From: Candidatus Alcyoniella australis
GTDB taxonomy: Bacteria; Lernaellota; Lernaellaia; JAVCCG01; Alcyoniellaceae
Length of the DNA stretch: 64,000 bases
Reading direction: 5' to 3'
Assembly (NCBI GenBank): GCA_030765605.1
Contig: JAVCCG010000017.1
Coordinates: forward strand, 35,582-99,581
Shown here: positions 35,375-44,542 of the stretch, in pieces
How the letters are laid out: the number at the start of each line of letters is the position of its first letter
Position numbering within the stretch: the first letter of the stretch is position 1
Notes under the pieces: generated by a model
What the model was told of the DNA's origin: nothing
Database searches by the model: none
Seen by the model: the letters and a program-made list of their open reading frames with translations, nothing else
Program-made: the position numbers and the translations under genes

Positions 35375-36496
35375 CTACACCACCGCCCGGACCTGTTCGA
35401 TGACGTACTCGACCTGGGGCTGGGTCAGGTCGGGATAGAGCGGCAAGGCGATGGAGCGCGCGCCGATCGACTCGGCGACCAGGAAGTCACTGGGCTGATA
35501 CCCCAGCTCTTGGCGCAGGTAGGTGTGCAGATGCAGCGGTCGGAAGAACACGCCCGTGCCCACGCCGCGTTCGCCCAGTTGCTGGATGATCTCGTGACGG
35601 CGCGAGGCTTCGACCCAGATCGTGAACAGGTTGCGCGCGCTTTTCGAGCCGGGCCGAACTCGCGGAAAGTAGACGTTCTCGATCCGGTCGAACGCCTTTT
35701 CGTAGCGCTTGCAGATTTCGTCGCGCCGCGACCATAACTCCTCAATGCGCCGCAGTTGCGGCAACAGCAGCGCCGCGCGCAGGTCGTCCATCTCGCTGTC
35801 GAATCCCAAGGCGTCGATGTCGCAGGGCATGTGCAGACAGTCGCATCGATCGGCCTGCGTTTCGCTGACGCTGAGATTGCGCAGCCGCCTGAGGCGCTGG
35901 GCCAGGTCCGAATCATTTAGCACGATCGCGGCGCCTTGGCCCGCGCTGATGTTGGCAGTGGAGTGGAACCCCAGGCAGGCCGCGTCGGAAAGCTGGCCGG
36001 GACGGACCCCCTCGCGGCGGCCCTCCAGGCAATGCGAGGCGTCTTCGATAAGCAGTAGGTGCGAACGGTCGGCGATCTCGCGCAGCATGGCCATGTCGGC
36101 CATCTGACCATAGAGGTGCATCGGCACGATCGCCTTGGTCTGCGGCGTGATCGAGGCTTCGATCCGTTCGGCGTTGATGTTGCCGGTATCGGGCTCAACA
36201 TCCACGAACGCGGGTTTGGCGCCGGCGTGCATGATCGCGCTCACGGTTTCCAGCGGGCTCAGCGGCGAGAGGATCACCTCGTGGTCGCGGCCCACGTCCA
36301 GTGCGTGTAGCGCGAGCGTTATCGCATTCGTATTGTTGTTGACGGCCACACAGTGGCGCACGCCGAGCACCTGAGCCAGTCCGCTTTCCAGCCGCGTCAC
36401 GCGATCGCTGCTGCACAGCAGTGGCCGCTGCAGCGCATCCATCGCTTGCTCGATCTCGTCGTGTCCCAAACAGTGACGGTAAAGCTCGATCTTCAT
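35375..36496 (-). CDS. DegT/DnrJ/EryC1/StrS-fold PLP-enzyme homologue, apparently lacking the Schiff-base lysine
   Basis: 373 aa with family-typical architecture. The motif region reads LGFHSTANISAGQGAA, where canonical members have FSFHxxKNxxxGEGG, so the Lys position appears to be Ala. Confidence 0.5.
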   Translation of the reverse strand: MKIELYRHCLGHDEIEQAMDALQRPLLCSSDRVTRLESGLAQVLGVRHCVAVNNNTNAITLALHALDVGRDHEVILSPLSPLETVSAIMHAGAKPAFVDVEPDTGNINAERIEASITPQTKAIVPMHLYGQMADMAMLREIADRSHLLLIEDASHCLEGRREGVRPGQLSDAACLGFHSTANISAGQGAAIVLNDSDLAQRLRRLRNLSVSETQADRCDCLHMPCDIDALGFDSEMDDLRAALLLPQLRRIEELWSRRDEICKRYEKAFDRIENVYFPRVRPGSKSARNLFTIWVEASRRHEIIQQLGERGVGTGVFFRPLHLHTYLRQELGYQPSDFLVAESIGARSIALPLYPDLTQPQVEYVIEQVRAVV

Positions 36497-36499
36497 GGC

Positions 36500-38248
36500 T
36501 TAAACGGAGCCTCCACAGCAGCTTTGGTTTCGGTCATGCTCGTCCGGGGGTTGCCCGTCCGCGTCATCATCATCGTCGCCCGCAGTGTCGTCGTCATCAT
36601 TATCGTAATCGTCGTCGCCCGCCGGCTCCCAGGGGAATTCGCCGATCACCGGCAGGCGTAGGGTGGTCTGATCGCCGAAGACGATCGTGTTGGTCTGATC
36701 CAGCGGCAATCCGATTTCGCCCGGCGTGAGGCCTGGATTGATAGCGAAGAACGGCGATTCGGAGCTGGAGATCAGCACGCCGATGCGATGGCCGGTGTTG
36801 AACGCGTGGCTGGTCGACCACAGGTCGATTGTAAGCTGCGCCGCCTCGCCGGGAACCAGCGCGAGCTGTTGTTCGAATCCCTGGCGGAAGCGCGCGCGCA
36901 GGATGCCGTTGACGATCAGGATCATTCGGCCGTCGGGATAGAGGTCGACCAGGTAGGCGGTGACGTCGGTGTCCGCACGGTCGCTGATCAGCTCCACGTT
37001 GAGCAGTACTTTGCCCGTGACCTCCACCGGCTGGGGCAGCGGCTCGCTCTGGAAGTACAGCACGTCGTCGCGCTCAAGGTAGCTTGTCAGGTCGCAGGGC
37101 CCGGACAGTGCGCTCATTGAGCGGCCGCAGCGGGTGGGCAGCGGATCGTCCGGGTCGAACAGGTAGCTCAGGGTGCCCTCCGCAGGCGGATCGATCGACA
37201 GCGCGGCGTCAACGGTCGGGTAGAGCTTGACCTCGTGCTGTCCCGGCGGCGGCCAGCTCTCGCCGTACTGCCAGCTGTTGCCCGGCGCGTCGGGGTCGCT
37301 CACATCGCCCATGGTGTAGTAGCTCACCGCCGGCCAGTTGAACCCGTCCAACGTGCCCTCCAACGCCCGGTCGAGGAAGTCGTCCAGCGGATCCTTGCGC
37401 GGCGGTTTGTAGCAGCGCCGAGCGTTTTCCGGGAAGGTCAGCTCGCCTATGGTGTTCAGGCCGAAGGTGGCGTGGGTCCAGGGGCCGATCACCAGGTACT
37501 GTTGCTCGGCGCCCGCATGGCTGAAGATCTCGAATCCGCGGATCGCGCCCTCGGAGAAGAAGTCGTACCAGCCGCCAAAGTGGAACGCCGGGCTTTCCAG
37601 GTACGGTTCGCGCGTAGCCAGGTCGACCTGCTCCCAGTACTCGTCGTATGCCGGATGGGCCAGCATCTCGGGCAGGCGGAACAGGCTGCCCTGGCCCTGA
37701 AGCCAGCCGGTGATGTCGCCCTCGCGCAGCACGCCGCCCTGGAGAAAGCCGATGTGATAAAGCGTGGGCGAGGCCGCGGCCATCACCTGACCAGCCAGCT
37801 GATCCGAGGCCGCGCCGGAGAGCATGTATTGCAGAATCGCCAGGCCCGAGTAGCCCTGGCCGACGATCGTGCCGTTGTACCAGGGCATCAGCTCGACGGC
37901 GTGCACCGTGTCCAGGCCGTCGCGCAGCTCGCCCCAGCCGTCGCAGCGAAACACGCAGTCCAAGCCCTGGGATGCGCCGCGGCCGCGGGCGTCCTGAATC
38001 ACCACCGCGCGGCCCTCGTCGGCCAGCGCTCCGTAAGTGACCATCTGCAGCTTGTCGTAGGGTGTGCGCAACAACAGCGTGGGCAGGCGGTCGCCCAGTT
38101 GGTAGCCGCCGGGCAGGTAGATATCCGTGGCTAGATTGACGCTGTCGCGCATCGGCCACGAGAGGGGAAAGTAGAGGAACGCTTGGGCCGCCGCGGGCAG
38201 CAGCAGCGCCAGAGCCACGATCACCGCACACGCCGTTGACCTGCGCAT
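36500..38248 (-). CDS. CocE/NonD family (S15-like) alpha/beta hydrolase, secreted, with C-terminal poly-Asp tail
   Basis: Signal peptide, LLRTPYDK N-terminal motif and an Asp-rich C-terminus (DDDYDNDDDDTAGDDDDDADG). Confidence 0.5.
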   Translation of the reverse strand: MRRSTACAVIVALALLLPAAAQAFLYFPLSWPMRDSVNLATDIYLPGGYQLGDRLPTLLLRTPYDKLQMVTYGALADEGRAVVIQDARGRGASQGLDCVFRCDGWGELRDGLDTVHAVELMPWYNGTIVGQGYSGLAILQYMLSGAASDQLAGQVMAAASPTLYHIGFLQGGVLREGDITGWLQGQGSLFRLPEMLAHPAYDEYWEQVDLATREPYLESPAFHFGGWYDFFSEGAIRGFEIFSHAGAEQQYLVIGPWTHATFGLNTIGELTFPENARRCYKPPRKDPLDDFLDRALEGTLDGFNWPAVSYYTMGDVSDPDAPGNSWQYGESWPPPGQHEVKLYPTVDAALSIDPPAEGTLSYLFDPDDPLPTRCGRSMSALSGPCDLTSYLERDDVLYFQSEPLPQPVEVTGKVLLNVELISDRADTDVTAYLVDLYPDGRMILIVNGILRARFRQGFEQQLALVPGEAAQLTIDLWSTSHAFNTGHRIGVLISSSESPFFAINPGLTPGEIGLPLDQTNTIVFGDQTTLRLPVIGEFPWEPAGDDDYDNDDDDTAGDDDDDADGQPPDEHDRNQSCCGGSV

Positions 38249-39501
38249 CAGTCGAACCAGTAGCTCGTGCCCAGCACGATGCTGGTCGAGATGCCGTTTA
38301 CCGCGACCTTGTCCCCCGCGGGATTCACCGTGTCGCCGTTGCCCAGGTTGAGCAGCAGGCCCAAGCTGGTGTAGGTGCGGTTGGTGCGATAGCCGCCCTG
38401 CATAGTCAATCCGATCCAGTGCACCTTGAGGATTCCGGTGTCCGCGAGCTCATAGGGGTCCGGCGCCGCGGAGCGGTTGGTGTAGGCGCCCGCGGCTACG
38501 GTGTAGCGCTCACGGATTAGGAACTCCATACCCGCATTATAGTTGATCACCTGCAGCAGCGCTGCGTTTCCCGGCTGCTGAGTACCCGTGGCCAGGGTCA
38601 ACAGGTTCTGCGCCGCGAAGTAGCTCAGATCGAGGCTCAGCGTGATCCACGGCCGAGGCATCATCGCCGTACCGAGCACCACGGTGAACGGAAAGGCGGT
38701 CTCGGCCTTAAGCGAGTTGACGATTTTGGAGCGGCCGCTTCGTTGCAAATGATCGGTGTGGGTCACGACCTTGGTGAATCCCGAGCGGTAGAGCGGCAAG
38801 CCCTGGCGCAGGCAGATCCCGATCCGCCACCATTCAAAGGGCCGGAATTGTGCGCCCAGGTGCGGGACCAAGCCGTGGTTGGTGGTCTTGAGTTGGAACA
38901 CCCGGTCGTCGTAGCCGCCGGCGTCGTAGTCTACGTAGGTCGCGCTGTTGGCCTCCTTGCGGTCGTAAAAGTAGAAAAGCGACAGCCCCAGCGAGACGTG
39001 TTCGGCGACTCTGATCGAGTAGCCCGGCCCCAGCAGGTAGGTGCGCTGGGCTTGGCGCAGATCGAGGTTGACCTCGGCCGGTTCCCCCTGCCAGCTCGCG
39101 TTGGACAGGGTCAGGTCGGCGTCGATGTTCTCGTTGCTCGCCACCAGGGTCGAGAACCCGATGACTCCCGGGCCCAGGCGTCTGATCGCCGCGCCGCCGG
39201 TGGGATAGAAGTTGAGCGATCCCAGCCGCAACCGCTCGCCGCCGGAGTAGTCCGAGATCTCCACCAGCTTGCTTTCCAGCGCGCGTCCCGAGAGGCTGAA
39301 GCTGTCGTAGTCGGCCTCGATCGGCCCGGCCGGGTTGTAGTACCAACCCGAGGGATCGGCCGACAGCGCGCAATAGGCTCCGCCCAGACCGAAGGCCCGC
39401 TGCCCCTGCACCACGTTGAAGTAGTTGAATAGCTGCGCACGCGCCGGCGCGGCCCATCCCAGGACGAGCAGCGCCGAGAGCAGCAGCAGGCTTCGACGCA
39501 T
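38248..39501 (-). CDS. FadL/TodX-family outer-membrane transport protein
   Basis: Signal peptide, FGLGGAYCALSADPSGWYYNPAG (FadL N-terminal signature) and an aromatic C-terminus. TGATG stop/start overlap with the CocE gene. Confidence 0.5.
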   Translation of the reverse strand: MRRSLLLLSALLVLGWAAPARAQLFNYFNVVQGQRAFGLGGAYCALSADPSGWYYNPAGPIEADYDSFSLSGRALESKLVEISDYSGGERLRLGSLNFYPTGGAAIRRLGPGVIGFSTLVASNENIDADLTLSNASWQGEPAEVNLDLRQAQRTYLLGPGYSIRVAEHVSLGLSLFYFYDRKEANSATYVDYDAGGYDDRVFQLKTTNHGLVPHLGAQFRPFEWWRIGICLRQGLPLYRSGFTKVVTHTDHLQRSGRSKIVNSLKAETAFPFTVVLGTAMMPRPWITLSLDLSYFAAQNLLTLATGTQQPGNAALLQVINYNAGMEFLIRERYTVAAGAYTNRSAAPDPYELADTGILKVHWIGLTMQGGYRTNRTYTSLGLLLNLGNGDTVNPAGDKVAVNGISTSIVLGTSYWFD

Positions 39502-39516
39502 TGCGCCCGCCGTGCT

Positions 39517-40065
39517 CTACTCGACCGTGAATTCGGCCTGGCCCAGCAGGCCGTTTTGAGCGTCGATCACCTCGACGCGCCAACGTCCGGTCTGCGAGGG
39601 TGCGATCGTCTTGTACGAGTAGGTGCGGAACGGCGTGCTGCGGATCTCGAGTGCGATGCGCGAGACCGGCTGATCCTCGTAGTACCAGACGTGGGTCACG
39701 CTGGTGGGCTCGACGAACGGCTCGAGGGCCACGCGCGAGAGGCAGTAGACACGGCCCACATCCGCGGCAAAGACCTCGGAGGGGCTCACGGCCTCGTGAT
39801 CCTCCACGCCTAGGCAGAACACGAGCTGCACCGAACGTTCCAACAACGTTTCTTGCTGGGGTGCCGCCGCAGTCGGCAAGGCCGCGGGTGCCGGTGTGGG
39901 CGTGGGAGTAGGCGTGGGAGTGGGAGTAGGAGTAGGAGTAGGAGTAGGAGTGGGAGTAGGAGTAGGCGTGGGAGTAATCGGCCCCGGATCCTGTCCCTGT
40001 TGGGCCGCCGCGGGCAGGGCCGTGAGCAGCACGAATAGCAGGCAGATCAGCAGGCTGAGCCTCAT
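39517..40065 (-). CDS. secreted protein with (Thr-Pro)14 linker, function unknown
   Basis: Signal peptide, then TPTPTP... repeat, then a roughly 110-aa C-terminal domain. Confidence 0.5.
   Translation of the reverse strand: MRLSLLICLLFVLLTALPAAAQQGQDPGPITPTPTPTPTPTPTPTPTPTPTPTPTPTPAPAALPTAAAPQQETLLERSVQLVFCLGVEDHEAVSPSEVFAADVGRVYCLSRVALEPFVEPTSVTHVWYYEDQPVSRIALEIRSTPFRTYSYKTIAPSQTGRWRVEVIDAQNGLLGQAEFTVE
39893..39976. repeat. tandem hexanucleotide repeat (14 units, GGNGTR-like) encoding (TP)14
   Basis: 84 bp of near-perfect 6-nt units within the CDS at 39517..40065. Confidence 0.8.
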
Positions 40066-40161
40066 GACGTTATCTCCTTCATAATTTTCCGGTGTGGACA
40101 GGATCGACGGCCAATCTATAGGATGGTGCGTTTCATGTCCACGCGCTTTGGAGGTGCTTCG

Positions 40162-42114
40162 ATGTCGATATCCAGACTGACAACTCTGGTGCTGGTCGCG
40201 TTCCTTATAGCGTGTCCAACGCTGTGTGCGGCCCAGGACGACGGGTTCGCAAACTACCTGCAGATCAGCTATGCCCGGGGCGGATCGCTCTCGCCCGAGG
40301 GCTCGCGGCTCGTCTATCTGGACAACGGCGGCGGCACGTATCAGGTCTACCTGCGCGACCTGACGGCTGACCAGAGCGCGCCCCCGCGGCAGCTCACCGA
40401 CTTTGCCGAGCCGGTTGAGTTCGCCGTGTATTTGCCGACCCGGGAGCGGGTGCTGATCGGATCATCCGTAGGCGGCAACGAGCGCACCCAGTTGCTGCTG
40501 CTCGACCCGGCCACGGGCGAATACGAGGCGTTGACCAGCGCGCCGGAGGTGATCCACCGTTTCGGCTGCTTCAGCCGCGACGGCCGCTACATCGCTTACG
40601 CTGCCAATGCGCGTGATCAGGCCCACTTCGACATCTATGTGATGGACATGAACACGCGCGAGGCGCGCCGAGTTTTGACCCGCGACGGATACAACGACGC
40701 CGAGAGCTTCTCTCCCGACGGCAAACAGCTGGTCGTCAGCTCCTGGGAGAGCAACTACGACAACAATCTGTACCTACTGGATCTAGGCGACGGCGAGATG
40801 CGGCTGCTCACCAAGCACGTGGGCTGGGCGACCTACGAGTACCCGCGTTTCGACCGCAAGGGTAAGCATCTGTGGTTGACCTCCAACTACAGCCAAAACT
40901 TCAACAACCCGGCGCGAATCAAACTTCGCAACGGCAAACTGCGCTTCGAGCGGTTGATCAACCGCGAGACCGAGGCCCTGGTGCTCTCCGAGGACCCGCA
41001 ACGCCTGGCCTACGTGATCAACGACGACGGCTACTCGATGCTGATGCTTTGGGACCCCAAGGGCTGGCGCGAGCTGGAGCTGCCGCAGATCCCGCGCGGC
41101 GTGATCCGCAACCTCTCGATCAGCCCCGACGGCACCAAGCTGGCATTCTCGCTCTCGTCGCCGACCCTGCCCAGCAGCGTGTTCGTGGTCGATATCGAGG
41201 CGCGCAACCTGCGGATGGTCAGCGTGCCGAATTTCGCGGGCATCGACCCGACGGGATTCGTCGAACCTGAATTGATTAAATACCAATCGGCCGACGGCAA
41301 GAGCGTCCCGGCGTTTCTCTACGTACCTCCCGGCGTCAAGGCCGACGGCTCCAACCCGGCGTTGATCTATGCCCACGGCGGTCCCGAGGGCCAGGAGCGG
41401 CCGGACTTCGGCATCACCTTTCAGTATTTCCTCTCGCGCGGCTACCTGATCTTCGCCCCCAATCCGCGGGGCTCCGCGGGCTACGGCAAGCTCTACATTC
41501 ATGCCGACGACAAGGATAAGCGGCCGGCCGCGGTGGCCGACTACGCCTGGGGCGCCAAGTGGCTGGTCGAGAACAACTGGGCTGATCAAAGCAAGATCGG
41601 GATCTACGGCGGCTCCTACGGCGGCTACGTGGTGATGGCCATGCTCGCCCAGTTCCCGCAGACCTGCGCCGCCGGGGTGAGCTTTGTGGGCATCTCCAAC
41701 CTGGTGAGCTTTTTGCAAAACACCGGCGCCTGGCGACGGGCGATCCGCGAGGCGGAGTACGGCTCACTTGAGTTCGACCTGGAGCTGCTGCAGCGCATCA
41801 GTCCGATCAACAAAGTCGAGCTGATCAGCTCGCCGCTGATGGTGATCCAGGGCGCCAACGATCCGCGCGTGCCGCAGCAGGAGGCCGACCAGATCGTGGC
41901 CGCGTTGCGTGCGCGCAACGTGCCGGTGGAATATCTGCTCTACGCCGACGAGGGGCACGGCTTGGCCAAACGCAAGAACCGGCTCGAGGCCTATCCCAAG
42001 ATGGGCGCGTTTTTCGACCTCTATCTGCGCGGGATCCAGCCTGAGCCCGAAAAACAGACTGAGCAGAACGCAACGGACGAAGACGGGGAGCAGCCGCCTG
42101 CGACCGAGCAATAA
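40162..42114 (+). CDS. S9 family peptidase (prolyl oligopeptidase/dipeptidyl aminopeptidase-like, with N-terminal beta-propeller)
   Basis: Signal peptide and GGSYGGY nucleophile motif. C-terminal DEGHG region. GGAGG SD upstream of ATG 40162. Confidence 0.7.
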   Translation: MSISRLTTLVLVAFLIACPTLCAAQDDGFANYLQISYARGGSLSPEGSRLVYLDNGGGTYQVYLRDLTADQSAPPRQLTDFAEPVEFAVYLPTRERVLIGSSVGGNERTQLLLLDPATGEYEALTSAPEVIHRFGCFSRDGRYIAYAANARDQAHFDIYVMDMNTREARRVLTRDGYNDAESFSPDGKQLVVSSWESNYDNNLYLLDLGDGEMRLLTKHVGWATYEYPRFDRKGKHLWLTSNYSQNFNNPARIKLRNGKLRFERLINRETEALVLSEDPQRLAYVINDDGYSMLMLWDPKGWRELELPQIPRGVIRNLSISPDGTKLAFSLSSPTLPSSVFVVDIEARNLRMVSVPNFAGIDPTGFVEPELIKYQSADGKSVPAFLYVPPGVKADGSNPALIYAHGGPEGQERPDFGITFQYFLSRGYLIFAPNPRGSAGYGKLYIHADDKDKRPAAVADYAWGAKWLVENNWADQSKIGIYGGSYGGYVVMAMLAQFPQTCAAGVSFVGISNLVSFLQNTGAWRRAIREAEYGSLEFDLELLQRISPINKVELISSPLMVIQGANDPRVPQQEADQIVAALRARNVPVEYLLYADEGHGLAKRKNRLEAYPKMGAFFDLYLRGIQPEPEKQTEQNATDEDGEQPPATEQ

Positions 42115-42230
42115 CGGGTCGTGGCCGGGCTTGCACGCATTTATGCTCACAGGTAGCCTCTAGCCTGGATAATCCGGGTCGACCTTGCCCAAGAAGGTCA
42201 CGGGGATAAACAAGTAAACGGAGATCGAAG

Positions 42231-44435
42231 ATGAAGCGCTGGATATTTATGGCGATGCTGCTGGCGACCCTGGCCCTTGTGTTTACCATCGGCGGCGGTT
42301 GCAGCTGCAGCGGCGATGATGACGACGACGACGACGATGATGACGATGACGATGACAACCAAGGCGATGTGCCCGACGAGGCGTTTCAGGAGATCTGCGG
42401 CGAGCGCGACTGGCTTGATACCTTGCAGCCGACCGAGCTGGTCTACGACTCGGGCAACGAGTTCGGCAACGACGGCCGCCTGCATTACGACCTGGCCGAG
42501 GGCGACGTGGCCGCGGTGCACTTTATTCCCGAGCACTCGCTGTGGATCAAGAAGCTCCGCGTGCACTTCACCGGCGAGGGGGGGCCGATCCGGGTCCACG
42601 TCTATGAGGGGTACGGCCGCTCGCGTCCGAACACCGACGTCGACCTGACCGAACCGATCGAGCAGGATATCGAAACCGACGCCGGATGGGTCGAGATCGA
42701 CATCAGCGACCGCCAGCTGGTGGTGCTGCCCTCGAACCACTTCTGGGTCGGTTACGAGCACGTCAACGAGCAGCCCTACATCAGCATGGACAACGGCGTG
42801 GACAACGATTCGACCCACAGCCTGATCCGCATCGAGGCCGCGCAGCACGATATCAGCCCCTTCGATTGGATCGGCCTGGGCGACGTGGCGTTTATGATCC
42901 AGGTTACGGGCGACTACTTCTGCGAACTGGATATCAACGAGCGCCAGTTCACCAACGTCAGCGAGCAGGCCGGACTCTCCGAGCTCTCGGCTGTGCGCAT
43001 CAACTGGGGCGACGTCAACAACGATGGCTGGGACGACATGCTCCTGCATCGTCTGGGCTATATCGACGAAACCGCCAATCTGCTGCTCAACAATCAGGAC
43101 GGTACGTTCGAGAACGTCACCGACGATTCGGACCTCGACGGCCACTACGCGAGCTTCGGCGGCCTGGCCGATTTTGACAACGACGGCAACCTCGATGTGT
43201 ACCTCGGGGTCAACGTACCCAATGAGGACGCCGATCCGCCGGACAACGGCGCGCGTTCGCTGATCATGCTCGGCGACGGCGAGGGCGGATTCACTGAAGT
43301 CGCGGGCAACGGCGTGGACCTCGAAGCCTCGACGTCCGCGGCCTCCATCGCCGACTACGACGCCGACGGCGACCTCGACATTTACGTGGGCAACTGGCTG
43401 GTCAAGTACCCCTCTCCGGCGTGCTGGTCCGACTTCATTTTTAACGGCAAGGGCAACGGCAAGTTCGATGAGACCTCCGCCGCGACCGGCATCGCCGTCC
43501 TTGAGGCGCGTCCGAGCTACGGCGTGACTTGGGTCGACTTCGACATGGACAACGACATGGACATCTCGGTCGCCAACTACGGCCGCGTCGACAACTTCCT
43601 GCTCGAAAACAAGAACGGACACTTCACCGACGTCGCGCCCCAAGTCGAGCTCGACCGCCAGGGCGTGGGCACCGGCGGCAACACCTTCGGCACCGACTGG
43701 GGCGACGCCAACAACGACGGCTACTTCGATACCTACCAGGCCGAGATCGCCCACCCGCGCTACCAGCCCAGCTCGGACATCGGCTCGATGATGTTCGGAA
43801 TGGGCCCGGACGAGGACTGGCTGTTCCAGAATGTTACCGAAGCCGCCGGGATCTTCTACGACGAGGGGCAGGTCGACCCCAGCTGGGTCGACTACAACAA
43901 CGACGGCCGCCTCGATTTCGCGCTCAGCGTGCTCTACACGTTGCAATACTTCCGGCTCTACCGCCAGGAAGAGGACGGTACGTTCACCGACGTGACCTAC
44001 ATCACCGGCACCGAGATTCTGGACACCAACAACAACGCCTGGGCCGACTTTGACAACGACGGCGACATGGACCTGATGAACATGGACCGCCGTTCCGGCG
44101 GGCACGCCAACCTGTTCCGCAACGACATCGGCAACGAGCTGAACTGGCTCGAGATCAGCCTGCGCGGCACCGACTCCAACCGCATGGCCGTGGGCGCGCG
44201 GGTCGAGATTTCCAGCCCGAGCATCGAGTACCAGGTGCGCTACGTGCAGGCGGGCAAGGGACACGCCTGTAGCCAGCATTCGGCGCGGCTGCACTTCGGC
44301 CTGAACACCGACGATGTGGTGCAGATCCTGACCGTCTACTGGCCCTCGGGATTGGAAGAGGAGTTCGGCGAGATCCCGGCCAACAGCTGGATCAAGATCA
44401 CGGAGGGCGACGACGACTACGAGGTCGTGCAGTAA
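42231..44435 (+). CDS. CRTAC1-family lipoprotein (FG-GAP/VCBS repeats plus ASPIC/UnbV domain) with poly-Asp linker
   Basis: Lipobox GGGCSC, then D14. Repeated DxDxDGxxD calcium-loop motifs. C-terminal RMAVGARVEI...HFGL (UnbV/ASPIC-like). Confidence 0.6.
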   Translation: MKRWIFMAMLLATLALVFTIGGGCSCSGDDDDDDDDDDDDDDNQGDVPDEAFQEICGERDWLDTLQPTELVYDSGNEFGNDGRLHYDLAEGDVAAVHFIPEHSLWIKKLRVHFTGEGGPIRVHVYEGYGRSRPNTDVDLTEPIEQDIETDAGWVEIDISDRQLVVLPSNHFWVGYEHVNEQPYISMDNGVDNDSTHSLIRIEAAQHDISPFDWIGLGDVAFMIQVTGDYFCELDINERQFTNVSEQAGLSELSAVRINWGDVNNDGWDDMLLHRLGYIDETANLLLNNQDGTFENVTDDSDLDGHYASFGGLADFDNDGNLDVYLGVNVPNEDADPPDNGARSLIMLGDGEGGFTEVAGNGVDLEASTSAASIADYDADGDLDIYVGNWLVKYPSPACWSDFIFNGKGNGKFDETSAATGIAVLEARPSYGVTWVDFDMDNDMDISVANYGRVDNFLLENKNGHFTDVAPQVELDRQGVGTGGNTFGTDWGDANNDGYFDTYQAEIAHPRYQPSSDIGSMMFGMGPDEDWLFQNVTEAAGIFYDEGQVDPSWVDYNNDGRLDFALSVLYTLQYFRLYRQEEDGTFTDVTYITGTEILDTNNNAWADFDNDGDMDLMNMDRRSGGHANLFRNDIGNELNWLEISLRGTDSNRMAVGARVEISSPSIEYQVRYVQAGKGHACSQHSARLHFGLNTDDVVQILTVYWPSGLEEEFGEIPANSWIKITEGDDDYEVVQ

Positions 44436-44542
44436 CTTCGATCAGCGATACGTCAGCCACAAGGGGACGGCCCGGGCCGTCCCCTTTTTTTCATCTGCTC
44501 TCGCCCCAAGTCCCACGCCCGAGCTGTTAGAATTCGCGCACT

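Noticed and set aside
42198-44294. 698-aa minus-strand ORF opposite the CRTAC1-like gene, plus 48179..50014 opposite the M23 gene, 16808..18109 opposite tnaA and 5249..6412 opposite menA
   Set aside because: These are antisense frames of confidently assigned genes. Their composition is typical of GC-rich shadow ORFs.
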